DNA of 64,000 bases, from contig CAZFGG010000001.1 in assembly GCA_964518425.1 (NCBI GenBank), positions 54,597 through 118,596 on the forward strand, in the 5' to 3' direction. The notes under the pieces are model-generated. The model did no database searches. It had not been told where the DNA came from and worked only from the letters and a program-made list of their open reading frames with translations. Shown piece after piece: positions 39,219 through 48,480 of this stretch (its first letter is position 1; every line of letters starts with the position of its first letter). The stretch is from an uncultured Gammaproteobacteria bacterium (lineage in GTDB: Bacteria; Patescibacteriota; Patescibacteriia; SBBC01; CAIJZX01). The position numbers and the translations under genes are program-made.

Positions 39219-39325
39219 ATGCATCTCAGCCTGGGCGCCCGTAGCTCAGTCTGGATAGAGCATCAGCTTGCGGAGCTGAGGGTCGTAGGTTCAAATCCTG
39301 CCGGGCGCACCAGGCTGAGATGCAT
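39219..39325. repeat. Perfect 16-bp inverted repeat (ATGCATCTCAGCCTGG / CCAGGCTGAGATGCAT) immediately flanking tRNA-Arg
   Basis: Arm 1 39219-39234 abuts tRNA 5' end (39235); arm 2 39310-39325 begins with the encoded CCA; together they would extend the acceptor stem by 16 bp in the primary transcript. Confidence 0.8.
39235..39312 (+). tRNA. tRNA-Arg (anticodon GCG as encoded), CCA encoded
   Basis: Manual fold: acceptor GCGCCCG/CGGGCGC, D-arm GCTC-AGTCTGGATA-GAGC (E. coli tRNA-Arg-like, A20), anticodon stem TCAGC/GCTGA loop TTGCGGA, 5-nt variable loop, T-arm GTAGG-TTCAAAT-CCTGC, discriminator A, CCA. Confidence 0.75.
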
Positions 39326-39338
39326 CAATGTTCATTAG

Positions 39339-39491
39339 GGAGCTGAGGGGTCGCGGCAACAAGAAAACAGAACTGCTTCTGTTTTCGCGGACCGCGACGG
39401 GCGATTCGATGTTTCGAAGGAACCGAATCGCCCCGGACGTAGGTTCAAAACTTGTCCTGAGCCAAGCCGAAGGATCCTGCCGGGCGCACCA
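39339..39491 (+). other. Degenerate partial duplicate of the tRNA-Arg 3' half (att-like remnant) with hairpin-rich insert
   Basis: Ordered matches to tRNA segments: GGAGCTGAGGGGTCG (39339-39353), CGTAGGTTCAAAA (39438-39450), exact 18-mer ATCCTGCCGGGCGCACCA (39474-39491 = 39295-39312); no matching 5' acceptor strand, so not a functional tRNA. Confidence 0.5.
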
Positions 39492-39509
39492 GTCAAAGAA
39501 AAGAATATC

Positions 39510-39680
39510 GTGAATCCCAAACCTCTCATCTGGGTCGGTATCATTATCGGTTCAACCTTGGGTGGGTTGATCCCGAGCTTGTGGCACGCTTCATTCCTGT
39601 CGATATCTGGTATTATTTTCTCGACGATCGGCGGGGTTGTCGGTATTTGGGCTGGCTGGAAAGCCAGCCAAAATTATTAA
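39510..39680 (+). CDS. Possible small hydrophobic peptide (56 aa, GTG start)
   Basis: VNPKPLIWVGIIIGSTLGGLIPSLWHASFLSISGIIFSTIGGVVGIWAGWKASQNY; two Gly-zipper-like TM segments; below ORF-track size cutoff; weak RBS. Confidence 0.25.
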   Translation: MNPKPLIWVGIIIGSTLGGLIPSLWHASFLSISGIIFSTIGGVVGIWAGWKASQNY

Positions 39681-39695
39681 TCAGCGAGTATACCT

Positions 39696-40358
39696 ATGGA
39701 CACAAAACGGCTCGTTAGTTTTCTCCACGGCCTCAAAGCCAATAACAATAAACCGTGGTTCGATGCCCACCGGGACGACTATGATGCGCTGCGAAAAGAC
39801 TTTGCCGACTTTGTTCAGCAGGTCATTTCATTGATCGCCAAATTTGATCCGGCGGTCAAGCATGTGACGGCCAAGGAAGCAATGTACCGGATCAATCGAG
39901 ATATCCGTTTCGCCAAGGACAAACGACCATACAAAACGAACTTTGGAGCCGGGATTGAGCCGGGCGGACGTAAGGGCGCGGCGGCCGGCTATCACCTACA
40001 CATTGATGCTGACGGCCGCGTCATGGTCGCTGGCGGGCTGTACATGCTCATGCCGCCGCAGCTCAACGCGATTCGTGATTCAATCGTGCGTCACCCTGGT
40101 CAGCTCCGGCGGATTATTAACGCCCCCGCCCTGAAGAAAGTCTATGGCGGCCTGAATACGGAAGACCATCTTCAACGACCACCCCGCGGAGTCCCGGACA
40201 ATCATCCCGACCTCGATCTCCTGAAATTGAAACGTTACGTCGCTTGGACCGAGTGGCCGGTTACGAAAATTCCGCCGGCCAAACTACCTCAAACTATCGC
40301 CGACGCGGCTAAGGCGCTCTACCCGCTGAACGCCTACTTGCGCCAAGCGGTCTCCTAG
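39696..40358 (+). CDS. DUF2461 (TIGR02453-family) conserved hypothetical protein
   Basis: N-terminal FLHGLKANNNKPWFDAHRDDYDALRKDFADFV and central YRINRDIRFAKDKRPYKTNFGAG match the family signature. Confidence 0.65.
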   Translation: MDTKRLVSFLHGLKANNNKPWFDAHRDDYDALRKDFADFVQQVISLIAKFDPAVKHVTAKEAMYRINRDIRFAKDKRPYKTNFGAGIEPGGRKGAAAGYHLHIDADGRVMVAGGLYMLMPPQLNAIRDSIVRHPGQLRRIINAPALKKVYGGLNTEDHLQRPPRGVPDNHPDLDLLKLKRYVAWTEWPVTKIPPAKLPQTIADAAKALYPLNAYLRQAVS

Positions 40359-40867
40359 ATCTTCAGGATCCGGGTAATCTGGTCGCCAGTTGGCTCTTCT
40401 TCCAACTCGGTGTTTTCGAGTAACCGATCACTTAAGACCTGGCGGATTTTTATCGGATTCTGCTCCATTAAAGCGATATCAAGTGCCGGACGGATCGCGC
40501 TCTTGAAGTGGAAGTAGATTTTTTTCACCTCCGGCGGTTGGTACAAAATCCAGAATTCTTTTAATTCGTTCCAAGCATAAAAACGTTGGCTTACCTCAAT
40601 CCCTTCTTCGCGGATAGCACAGTGGACCGGCGGCGGGACACGGCGGATACGAATTAAAAGAATCAGCGAAAAGAGGACAATCAACGCGACAAACGTGTAG
40701 TTGCGACTGAAGAGCGCAATCACGATCGAGACCAGGAATACAATGAAAGCGGAAATATACCATGTCCGCGAACGGTCATGTTGTTCGAACTCCGGAAAGG
40801 TCCATTCCAGTAAGATGTCGCCCCGGTTTTGTTGATTTTCGGCCATAGCTAGTGTATAGTCTAGCAC
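40355..40867 (-). CDS. Hypothetical membrane protein (two adjacent TM helices)
   Basis: 170 aa; WYISAFIVFLVSIVIALFSRNYTFVALIVLFSLILLI; 4-nt convergent overlap with DUF2461 gene. Confidence 0.45.
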   Translation of the reverse strand: MLDYTLAMAENQQNRGDILLEWTFPEFEQHDRSRTWYISAFIVFLVSIVIALFSRNYTFVALIVLFSLILLIRIRRVPPPVHCAIREEGIEVSQRFYAWNELKEFWILYQPPEVKKIYFHFKSAIRPALDIALMEQNPIKIRQVLSDRLLENTELEEEPTGDQITRILKI

Positions 40868-40895
40868 GATTCTTGAAAGTTCAAAATCTTTCTAT

Positions 40896-40985
40896 GGAGG
40901 CGTGGCTGAGTGGTCGAAAGCGACGGTCTTGAAAACCGTTAGGGGTGCAAGCTCCTCGTAGGTTCGAATCCTACCGCCTCCGCCA
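40896..40985 (+). tRNA. tRNA-Ser (anticodon TGA), long variable arm, CCA encoded
   Basis: Acceptor GGAGGCG/CGCCTCC, anticodon stem ACGGT/ACCGT with loop CTTGAAA, long variable arm TAGGGGTGCAAGCTCCTC, T-arm GTAGG-TTCGAAT-CCTAC, discriminator G. Confidence 0.85.
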
Positions 40986-41011
40986 GTAAATTGGTAAGAT
41001 ACATCTGATCT

Positions 41012-41105
41012 GGAGAGGTGGCCGAGTGGCTGAAGGCGGCAGGTTGCTAACCTGTTATACGGGGTTAAACTCGTATCGAGAGTTCGAATCTCTCCCTCTC
41101 CGCCA
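41012..41105 (+). tRNA. tRNA-Ser (anticodon GCT), long variable arm, CCA encoded
   Basis: Acceptor GGAGAGG/CCTCTCC, anticodon stem GCAGG/CCTGT loop TTGCTAA, long variable arm, T-arm GAGAG-TTCGAAT-CTCTC, discriminator G. Confidence 0.85.
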
Positions 41106-41205
41106 TCGCCCGCGATCGACCGTTGCGGTCGAGCGCCAAGGCGATTGAGAAACAGTGATTCGAAGGGTGACAGCAGTGTTCTAAAGAATCGCTTGCGTAG
41201 TACCC

Positions 41206-41234
41206 TTGACAAATGGGCGGCTTTGTGCTAGAGT
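41206..41234 (+). promoter_or_regulatory. Sigma70-like promoter TTGACA-17-TGcTAGAGT for NHL-repeat gene
   Basis: TTGACA 41206-41211, 17-nt spacer, TAGAGT 41229-41234 with TG at -15/-14; strong SD GAGGAGG 7 nt before ATG 41313. Confidence 0.5.
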
Positions 41235-41312
41235 CCCCACCGTTTTCGAATTCCTTGAAATCTTGATAGCGCATCTTTCTGATAGTCTCGTGTCTCACCT
41301 GAGGAGGTTGTC

Positions 41313-42251
41313 ATGTTTCGCTGGGCAAAGATTCTGCTATTGGTCGTCGGGTCACTGTACGCGACATCGATCACTGCCGCCCCGAAGCTGTCGTCCGTAG
41401 AATGGACGACGTTGTCCGCCACCTTCGATGGTCCGCGGGGGATCGCGGTCACCTCGAGTGGTGACTTGTTCGTTACCGATGCTCATCGCGTTCAGCACTT
41501 CGATCGTGATGGTCAGCTGGTCAACCAGTGGGGCTTCGCGCTGATCTCCCCGATCGGCATCACCGTCGATCGCGGCCGGGTCTACATCGTCGATCCGCCG
41601 AATGCCACGGTCAACGTCTTCACCGAGTCCGGCCAGCTGGTCAACCAGTGGGGCTCGCAAGGATCCGGTCCAGGTCAGTTCGACGACCCATACTTCGTCG
41701 CTGTCGATGATGACGGAAATGTCTACGTCGGTGACAACGGTAATCAGCGGATCCAGAAGTTCACTTCGGACGGGGTCTACCTGACCACCTGGGGTCTGGA
41801 TGGAACTCCGTTCGGAATCGTGGTCAGTAAGAACGTGGTTTCGGTTATGATCGCGACGGGTCATGTTCAGCAATTCACCACCGCGGGTGCCTTACTCGGT
41901 GTCTGGGCTCCGGGAAACGATCAGCTGATTGGACCCTTTGGCCTGGCTGCCAGCTCGCGTGGTGATCTGTACGTGGCCAACCGATTCGGTTACAACCTCA
42001 AGCAATTCACTGGCAACGGTGATCTCCTGGGTAGCTGGGGCAGTTTCGGAACTGGCCTTGGCCAGTTCAACCAGCCGTTTGGTGTCGCGGTCAGCCCGAA
42101 CCAGACGGTCTACGTGACCGACTGGGGCAACAACCGTGTCGAAGTCCTCAGCCACCGGTCTGCACGGCTGGGCAACAACCGTGGCGGGCCTGATCCCTCG
42201 ACCGCCATCCTGACCCCGACCTGGGGCCAGTTGCGGACCCGCTATCGCTAG
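41313..42251 (+). CDS. Secreted NHL-repeat beta-propeller protein
   Basis: Signal peptide MFRWAKILLLVVGSLYATSITA; six NHL-like repeats (e.g. GPRGIAVTSSGDLFVTDAHRVQHFDRDGQLVNQWG; QFDDPYFVAVDDDGNVYVGDNGNQRIQKF; QFNQPFGVAVSPNQTVYVTDWGNNRVEVL). Confidence 0.75.
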   Translation: MFRWAKILLLVVGSLYATSITAAPKLSSVEWTTLSATFDGPRGIAVTSSGDLFVTDAHRVQHFDRDGQLVNQWGFALISPIGITVDRGRVYIVDPPNATVNVFTESGQLVNQWGSQGSGPGQFDDPYFVAVDDDGNVYVGDNGNQRIQKFTSDGVYLTTWGLDGTPFGIVVSKNVVSVMIATGHVQQFTTAGALLGVWAPGNDQLIGPFGLAASSRGDLYVANRFGYNLKQFTGNGDLLGSWGSFGTGLGQFNQPFGVAVSPNQTVYVTDWGNNRVEVLSHRSARLGNNRGGPDPSTAILTPTWGQLRTRYR

Positions 42252-42269
42252 TTCGTTCCTTGTTTCTCC

Positions 42270-42302
42270 CACCCCCATCTCGTTGAGATGGGGGTGTTTT
42301 TT
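42270..42302 (+). terminator. Rho-independent terminator
   Basis: 12-bp perfect stem CACCCCCATCTC / GAGATGGGGGTG, 3-nt loop, followed by TTTTTT; the ORF-track ATG at 42288 lies inside this hairpin and is not a real start. Confidence 0.75.
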
Positions 42303-42371
42303 GGTTTTCACTATCCCTTGAAAGAACCACTCATTCGCGGTACTCTACGACTAGTGCCATTACAACACCCT

Positions 42372-45200
42372 ATGAACACCGATACGAATGTTGGAACAAA
42401 GTCGCGTGTTTCGCTCAAGTCAGGAGTGCTTGTTGTTGGCTTGGCCCTGAGCGCCACTATTTTTGGCCTGGTCCTCTTTTTGACCGGCGGCGGTGACGAA
42501 GGAAGCGGAAATGAATCAGCCCCCCTTGATGTCAGCGGCCGCTGTCCTGGACGTTTTAGCACCAATATTCGGCTGACCGGACCGATTGACTTGCCAACCC
42601 TTGATCAGGGTGCCGGCGGCGGCTGCTTTGCTCCAACTGCTGATAACCTGATTATTGATGGCAACGGTTTTACCGTTAAAACCGGCGGCGGTAATTTGGT
42701 CTACAGCGCCTATGGAGCATCACACTTGACCGTAAAAAATATTTTCTCCGACGGCGATATTTACTACTTCGGTCCGGCGGCCGGACTGACGATCGACAAT
42801 GTTTGGATCCGGGGCGTCCTCGCTGTCGGCGGTTCGGATGACGCGGTCTTCAAGAACAGTGTTTTCACTGGCAGCGTAGCCATGGATGGCGGATTACGTT
42901 TTCAGTTCACGAACAATACCGTTGATGGGCCGAGTGACCGATTAGTGAACTTTGGCGGACCCGGAACAGCCACCAGCGTTGAAGAGGCTTATCTCAATCC
43001 GCCCGAGCCGGACTCTTTGCGACAATGTTTGTTGACCCGCGACACGATTACTGACAATACCATTATTAACACGGTCGACAATAATTTTAACAACCCGCTG
43101 ACCTTTTTCTATCATTGCCGCCGTGGCGGCACCATCGCCCGAAATACAATCATCGCCACTGACGAATCCCAAGGTGTCTTTATTCGTGATGGCGCGCATT
43201 TCAATACCTTTAGTGATAATATTGTTCGGGTCAATAAAGCGACCGATGGCAATCGGGGTGCCTTCAGTGTGACGGCGGGCACGCCATTCTTAGCTTTGCC
43301 AACCTACAATACCTTCACCCGTAACGCCATCGTCGCTGACAACGCCGCGGCCATGTGGTTGCAATCGTATTCAAACAATAATACCTACACCAACAACATT
43401 GCTTGGTCAAAAACTGGGTATGGGAGCCAACTGTATGTTGGCGAAAACAATGTTTTTGACCACAATACCTTCTATACTGGTGGTAGTGGGAAGAGCGTTT
43501 TGTATGACAGCGATCCACTGAATACGGCCATTGGTTCGCCCGGAAAGAATACCGTCACGAATAATATTTTCAGTAACGCGAACGACAGTATTCTGAAACA
43601 CGACCATTCGGCTGGGTACATCGGCTACGTCGCTCACCATAACATCTATAACACCCGCAGCGGCGCCGCGAATTTTTACGGCACGATGAACCTAGCCCAA
43701 TGGAAAACCACCAGCGGCGAGCAGGCTAGCTCCTTTGAATCATCGCCGGTCTCCACCTCACTCTTCACCAATGCCGCGACTGGGGATTTTAGTCTGGCCA
43801 CGAGTTCGCCCGCCCGCGGAGCGGGGGAAAACGGGAGTGATATCGGCGCGGCGCCGCTTGATTTCAATAAAACCATCTTCCCAAATGTCACGATTTCCTC
43901 ACCGGCCAAGAATACACGCGTCGCTGGACTCGTCACGATTATGGCCGACGCGACGGACACGCTCGGCGTAACCAAAGTTGAGTTCTACCAAGGTTCCACG
44001 CTGCTTGGAACGGACACGACGGCCCCGTACTCTTTTGACTGGAACACGGCTGGTCAACCAGAAGGGCCGCAGATGCTCATTGCCAAGGCCTACAACGGCG
44101 TTAATGTCCGAGTAACGGGCAATCTCGTGACCGTTGATAATATTCCGGATACTGGCTGTACGGAAAACTGGTCCTGTGGCAGCTGGTCGGCCTGCGTTAA
44201 TGGCACGCAAACCCGAACGTGTACTGACGCCAATAGCTGCGGTACCACGCTCAACCGCCCGGCCCTCAGCCAATCCTGCACGACTGGTGGTGACACTGTA
44301 GCACCAACGGTATCTGTCACGGCCCCCAGCAATAATTCCACGGTCAGTGGCACAACCACGATCGCCGCTACCGCGAGTGATAATGTTGGCGTAACAAAAG
44401 TCGAATTTATCAAGGGCTCAACTATTCTCGCTACCGATACAACTGCTCCGTTCGCCTACAGCTGGAACACGGCCGCCGAGACGAATGCCGCCTACACGTT
44501 GACGGCCAAAGCCTACGATGCAGCGGCCAACACTGCCTCGGCGGCGGTGAATGTGACCGTTAGCAACGCCCAAAGCTGTCAAACCTGGCAATGCAGCCCG
44601 TGGGGATCCTGCGTCAACAATGTCCAAAGCCGATCGTGCAATGATATCGGCTACTGGTGCCCGGCTTTAAGTCGTCCGCCGTTAACACAAGACTGCACCT
44701 CCTGCAGTCTCTACAACCAAATCTCTGCACCAGGGGTCCAATTACCAGATGTCCTCTGTGCCCCTCGAAATAAGTGTAACGCTCAGAACCGGATTCAAGA
44801 CATGACTCTGAGTGCGACGTCAATCCAAGCCACCAAACCGCTGACCGTCACGATCAAGTACTTGTGCAATTACAACGCCTCAGACAATGTGACGCTATGG
44901 TACTTTGACGGGAAGAGCTGGAAGACGAGCCCACAACTGTACCGCGGTCCAGCACCAGCCACGCCGCTGACGAATTGTGACGGCACAACGGTTGGGACCA
45001 TCACCTATACCTTCACGCCCAACGCTGCCAACGTCAATATTCCGCAGTACGTTCGAGCGATCGAAGCCGCTGGGACAAACGTCCACGCTGACCAAAATAT
45101 TTGCCCAGACTTCGGCCTGACCGGTGAGGGGGGCGTCATGGATAAGTCGTTCACTGTCACCCCGGGCGGACCAATAAAAAATCCACCGCCGAGATTCTAA
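42372..45200 (+). CDS. Secreted surface protein with right-handed parallel beta-helix region and two Ig-like (Big-type) domains
   Basis: Start moved to ATG 42372 (MNTDTNVGTKSRVSLKSGVLVVGLALSATIFGLVLF, TM/signal); repetitive NxxV/I beta-helix-like rungs (NNTVDG, DNTIINTVDNNF, NNIAWSK, NNIFSNAND); duplicated Ig-like module TISSPAKNTRVAGLVTIMADATDTLGVTKVEFYQGSTLLGTDTTAPYSFDWNTAG / VTAPSNNSTVSGTTTIAATASDNVGVTKVEFIKGSTILATDTTAPFAYSWNTAA; C-terminal Cys-rich part. Confidence 0.55.
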   Translation: MNTDTNVGTKSRVSLKSGVLVVGLALSATIFGLVLFLTGGGDEGSGNESAPLDVSGRCPGRFSTNIRLTGPIDLPTLDQGAGGGCFAPTADNLIIDGNGFTVKTGGGNLVYSAYGASHLTVKNIFSDGDIYYFGPAAGLTIDNVWIRGVLAVGGSDDAVFKNSVFTGSVAMDGGLRFQFTNNTVDGPSDRLVNFGGPGTATSVEEAYLNPPEPDSLRQCLLTRDTITDNTIINTVDNNFNNPLTFFYHCRRGGTIARNTIIATDESQGVFIRDGAHFNTFSDNIVRVNKATDGNRGAFSVTAGTPFLALPTYNTFTRNAIVADNAAAMWLQSYSNNNTYTNNIAWSKTGYGSQLYVGENNVFDHNTFYTGGSGKSVLYDSDPLNTAIGSPGKNTVTNNIFSNANDSILKHDHSAGYIGYVAHHNIYNTRSGAANFYGTMNLAQWKTTSGEQASSFESSPVSTSLFTNAATGDFSLATSSPARGAGENGSDIGAAPLDFNKTIFPNVTISSPAKNTRVAGLVTIMADATDTLGVTKVEFYQGSTLLGTDTTAPYSFDWNTAGQPEGPQMLIAKAYNGVNVRVTGNLVTVDNIPDTGCTENWSCGSWSACVNGTQTRTCTDANSCGTTLNRPALSQSCTTGGDTVAPTVSVTAPSNNSTVSGTTTIAATASDNVGVTKVEFIKGSTILATDTTAPFAYSWNTAAETNAAYTLTAKAYDAAANTASAAVNVTVSNAQSCQTWQCSPWGSCVNNVQSRSCNDIGYWCPALSRPPLTQDCTSCSLYNQISAPGVQLPDVLCAPRNKCNAQNRIQDMTLSATSIQATKPLTVTIKYLCNYNASDNVTLWYFDGKSWKTSPQLYRGPAPATPLTNCDGTTVGTITYTFTPNAANVNIPQYVRAIEAAGTNVHADQNICPDFGLTGEGGVMDKSFTVTPGGPIKNPPPRF

Positions 45201-45215
45201 AGAGAGAAGCATGTT

Positions 45216-45884
45216 TCACCCCTTGGCCAGAGCCAAGGCGGTGATGCTTTGTACTCCTCGACGACGAAGAGCGACTGCGCATTCAGCGATGGTTGAGCCC
45301 GTCGTGATAACGTCGTCAACAAGAACAACGGACCGGGGGATTGAAGCACGTCGTGACGACGAGGCAAACGCGCCAAGAATATTCTGCCGTCGCTGGTGTG
45401 CCGTTAACAGTGCTTGCGGGGTGGTGTAACGTTGACGCGCGAGTATCTGGACAATTGGTCGGTTCATGATCATTGCCAACGCGCGACTGACCAGATCCGC
45501 CTGGTTGAACCCTCGTTCACGTTGCCGACGCGGGTGAAGCGGTACAGGAACAATAGCGTCAGCCTCAAGAGCGCCAATAGGCTCAAGCAGTATCGGCAAA
45601 CCCTCCCTTAGCCCTGACCAGTAGTGGTACTTCAGTTTTGTAACGATGTTTTGTAAGGGTAGACAGTCATATGAACCCCGAGCGACGACCTGATCAACGC
45701 CTGCGATGTCCAGTGGATTGTGAATGACTGGTTCGTTGTGAAGAATGGTTAGGCTATGTGAGCATAGCCAGGCGCCCTCGGCGCCACAGTGAACGCAGAG
45801 AGGAGGGAAGAAGGTTGGGATAATCGTTGAGAAAACAGAAGGCATGAATTCAGCGTTACCGCTGTTCGGCGGACGCCAAGCCAC
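45216..45884 (-). CDS. comF: ComF-family protein (phosphoribosyltransferase-like competence protein ComFC); likely start at internal ATG 45845
   Basis: N-terminal Zn-ribbon-like PTFFPPLCVHCGAEGAWLCSHS; PRTase motif VVLVDDVITTGSTIAECAVALRRRG. Confidence 0.7.
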   Translation of the reverse strand: MAWRPPNSGNAEFMPSVFSTIIPTFFPPLCVHCGAEGAWLCSHSLTILHNEPVIHNPLDIAGVDQVVARGSYDCLPLQNIVTKLKYHYWSGLREGLPILLEPIGALEADAIVPVPLHPRRQRERGFNQADLVSRALAMIMNRPIVQILARQRYTTPQALLTAHQRRQNILGAFASSSRRASIPRSVVLVDDVITTGSTIAECAVALRRRGVQSITALALAKG

Positions 45885-45895
45885 TGAACGACGAA

Positions 45896-48451
45896 CTACT
45901 TTTGTTTTTTGTCGAGCCGCTCGACGGTCACCTTATTTTGGTGGACCCCGACCCGAATTGTCTGACCTGATTTGACTTGGTTGCTCAACATCAGCCCCGC
46001 CAAAGGGTTTTCCACGTGCTCTTGAATAACGCGGCGGATGGCTCGGGCGCCATAGTCCGGGCTAAATCCCTGTTCAGCAATCAAGCGGCGGGCTTTTGGA
46101 GATAATGATAATTTCAACCCTTGCTGCCGCAGGCGGACGGCGACTTCCTCAATTTGCAGGTCAACAATCTTCTCGACCGAGTCAAGATTGAGCGGCTTAT
46201 AGACAATAATTTTATCCAGGCGGTTGAGGAATTCCGGCCGGAAACGCTTCTGTAAATCGGCCAGAACGCCAGCCTTGAGTTGATCGTACCGCTGATCAAG
46301 TTGCTGACGATCTTTGCTTCCGGTGACTTCAAAGCCGATCGACTGGGCTTGGTTAAACGTTTGCAGCCCAACATTCGACGTCATGATGACGATGGTGTTC
46401 TTGAAGTTGATTGTCTTCCCGATGGCGTCGGTCAGGTGGCCCTCATCCAGCACCTGGAGGAGTAAGTTGAAAACGTCAGGATGGGCTTTCTCAATTTCGT
46501 CGAACAGAACAACGGCGTACGGTTTCCGTTTGACCGCGTCGGTCAGCTTCGTCCCTTCTTTATAGCCAACGTATCCAGCTGGCGCGCCGATAAGTTTACT
46601 GATGTTGAAGCTCTCCTGGAATTCCGACATGTCAATGCGGATTAAGGCGCTCTCGTCTTCAAACACGGTCCGGGCGATTTCCTTGGCCGTCTCTGTTTTT
46701 CCGACGCCGGACGGACCGAGGAAAATGAACGAAGCAATCGGTTTATTCGGATTACTCAAGCCGACGCGTGACCGCCGGACAAACTCGGCAATGCTATGGA
46801 TCGCCTCGTCTTGACCGACGACGCGACGCTGTAAGAGTTCTTCGAGATGGAGGAGCCGGTCCCGCTCTTCTTTAATCAAGTCGGTTAATGGAACGCCCGT
46901 CATGCGCGAGACAACATCGGCGATTTCTCGCTTGGTGATTGATCCGACGAAGGCGATTGAGCCCTTACTCTCCCGTTCACGAAGTTTCTGGATCTTATCC
47001 GTCAGCCGCTCTTCTTGAGTTTTAAGTTGGAGGGCACGGTCGAACTGCTCGTGTTGGACGGCCTGGTGTTTCTGGGTATGAACGTGTTCCAGCTCCTCCT
47101 GGAATGCTCGAAGTTGTTTGGCCGCGGTCGAACCGCCCTTTCCAACCTTGACTTTAGAGGCGGCCTCATCAATTAAATCGATAGCCTTATCGGGTAAGAA
47201 GCGGTCCTGGATATACCGTCCGGACAGTTGCACGGCCGCCTCAATCGCTTCGTCTGTAATGTGGACATGGTGGAACCGCTCGTAATTCGTTTTAATGCCC
47301 TTCAGGATTTGGACGGTTTCTTCCGGGCTTGGTTCATCAACGACAACCGGCTGAAAACGGCGCTCTAAGGCGGCGTCAGACTCGATGTGCTTCTTGTACT
47401 CTTCCATTGTTGTCGCGCCGATCGTTCGGATTTGGCCTTTGGCTAGAGCTGGTTTTAACAAATTAGCCGCGTCCATGGATCCCGAGGCTGACCCGGCGCC
47501 GATGATCGTGTGCAATTCGTCGATGAACAGAATGATATTCGGGTCAGCTTTGATCTCGTCGACGATCTGTTTCAATCGCGATTCGAATTCCCCTCGGTAC
47601 ATCGTTCCGGCCACGACCAGACCTAAATCGAGCGCTAAGATTTTCTTATTCATCAGTGCTTCGGGCACTTCGCCGTGGACCATTTTTTTAGCCAGACCCT
47701 CAACAATGGCTGTCTTACCGACACCCGGATCGCCAATCAGCACCGGATTATTCTTGGTCCGGCGGGAAAGAATATGAATCACTCGCTCGATTTCTCCTTG
47801 TCGTCCAACAACGGGGTCGATGGTTTTCTGGACTTTCTGGTTTGTCAGATCAGTCGCGAAGAAGTCCAGGGCCGGCGTTTTACTGTCGCCGCCGTGCGGC
47901 CGTCCGCCGGTCGGAATAGCGACCGCTTCGTCTGGACCGACTTTGCCGGTTTCAAAGAAACCGGAGATATCAGGAAAACGCGAAGTATTCTTTAAGACTT
48001 TGAGTAGCTGTCCCTTGGCCTCTTGAGCATCAATGTTATTCTCTTTCATGATTTGCTCCAGGGTCGGGTCGCCGATTTCAAGCAACCCCCAGAACAGATG
48101 CTCCGTGCCGACGTACTTATGTCGGTAATTGGCGGCGCAGAGAACGGCTTTTTCGAGGGCCCGCTTTGAGGGCAGCGAGAATTGCAAATCAGTCATGGTC
48201 AAGGTCTGCCCGGGTTTCAGGACAGGTTCGTTGCGAACACTAATCAGATCACGTAAAGCGTCGAGTTTGAGGCCGGATTTTCGAAGAATCTCATACGCCA
48301 CTCCGCCCTTGGTTTCAGCCAAACCAAAAAGGAGATGTTCCGGGTTAACGTAGCGATTTTTTAACTCCAAGGTCAGCTCAGCCGCAAAGTTCAGCGAGCT
48401 TTTGAGGTGGGATGAAAATTTACTATAAATCTCTGGTTCCAGCTGGTCCAT
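45896..48451 (-). CDS. clpC: ATP-dependent Clp chaperone ClpC/ClpB family (two AAA+ modules, short middle domain, ClpC-like)
   Basis: 851 aa; double Clp_N; Walker [16 protein letters not shown] and [15 protein letters not shown]; short coiled-coil linker (about 60 aa) rather than long ClpB M-domain. Confidence 0.85.
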   Translation of the reverse strand: MDQLEPEIYSKFSSHLKSSLNFAAELTLELKNRYVNPEHLLFGLAETKGGVAYEILRKSGLKLDALRDLISVRNEPVLKPGQTLTMTDLQFSLPSKRALEKAVLCAANYRHKYVGTEHLFWGLLEIGDPTLEQIMKENNIDAQEAKGQLLKVLKNTSRFPDISGFFETGKVGPDEAVAIPTGGRPHGGDSKTPALDFFATDLTNQKVQKTIDPVVGRQGEIERVIHILSRRTKNNPVLIGDPGVGKTAIVEGLAKKMVHGEVPEALMNKKILALDLGLVVAGTMYRGEFESRLKQIVDEIKADPNIILFIDELHTIIGAGSASGSMDAANLLKPALAKGQIRTIGATTMEEYKKHIESDAALERRFQPVVVDEPSPEETVQILKGIKTNYERFHHVHITDEAIEAAVQLSGRYIQDRFLPDKAIDLIDEAASKVKVGKGGSTAAKQLRAFQEELEHVHTQKHQAVQHEQFDRALQLKTQEERLTDKIQKLRERESKGSIAFVGSITKREIADVVSRMTGVPLTDLIKEERDRLLHLEELLQRRVVGQDEAIHSIAEFVRRSRVGLSNPNKPIASFIFLGPSGVGKTETAKEIARTVFEDESALIRIDMSEFQESFNISKLIGAPAGYVGYKEGTKLTDAVKRKPYAVVLFDEIEKAHPDVFNLLLQVLDEGHLTDAIGKTINFKNTIVIMTSNVGLQTFNQAQSIGFEVTGSKDRQQLDQRYDQLKAGVLADLQKRFRPEFLNRLDKIIVYKPLNLDSVEKIVDLQIEEVAVRLRQQGLKLSLSPKARRLIAEQGFSPDYGARAIRRVIQEHVENPLAGLMLSNQVKSGQTIRVGVHQNKVTVERLDKKQK

Positions 48452-48480
48452 AGTCGTTCAATTGCCGTTCAGCCTAGCAA

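Noticed and set aside
39141-39338. ORFs overlapping tRNA genes (39141..39338 +, 40892..41212 -, 41065..41298 -)
   Set aside because: They read through well-folded tRNA-Arg / tRNA-Ser genes, so they are spurious.
39339-39491. Second tRNA gene, or an intron-containing tRNA, downstream of tRNA-Arg
   Set aside because: Only 3'-half-like blocks are present. No 5' acceptor strand (GCGCCCG or a wobble variant) exists to pair with the duplicated CGGGCGC. The inserts are too short for a group I intron. It is kept as an att-like remnant instead.
42288-42371. ORF-track start at ATG 42288 for the beta-helix protein
   Set aside because: That ATG lies inside the 12-bp-stem terminator hairpin of the upstream NHL gene. 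The first ATG after the terminator with a signal-anchor sequence is 42372.
45216-45884. Reading comF from the first ATG (45884)
   Set aside because: The ComF Zn-ribbon N-terminus (MPSVFSTIIPTFFPPLCVHCG) begins at the internal ATG about 45845. The upstream 13 codons are probably not translated. The feature keeps the outer coordinates, with a note.
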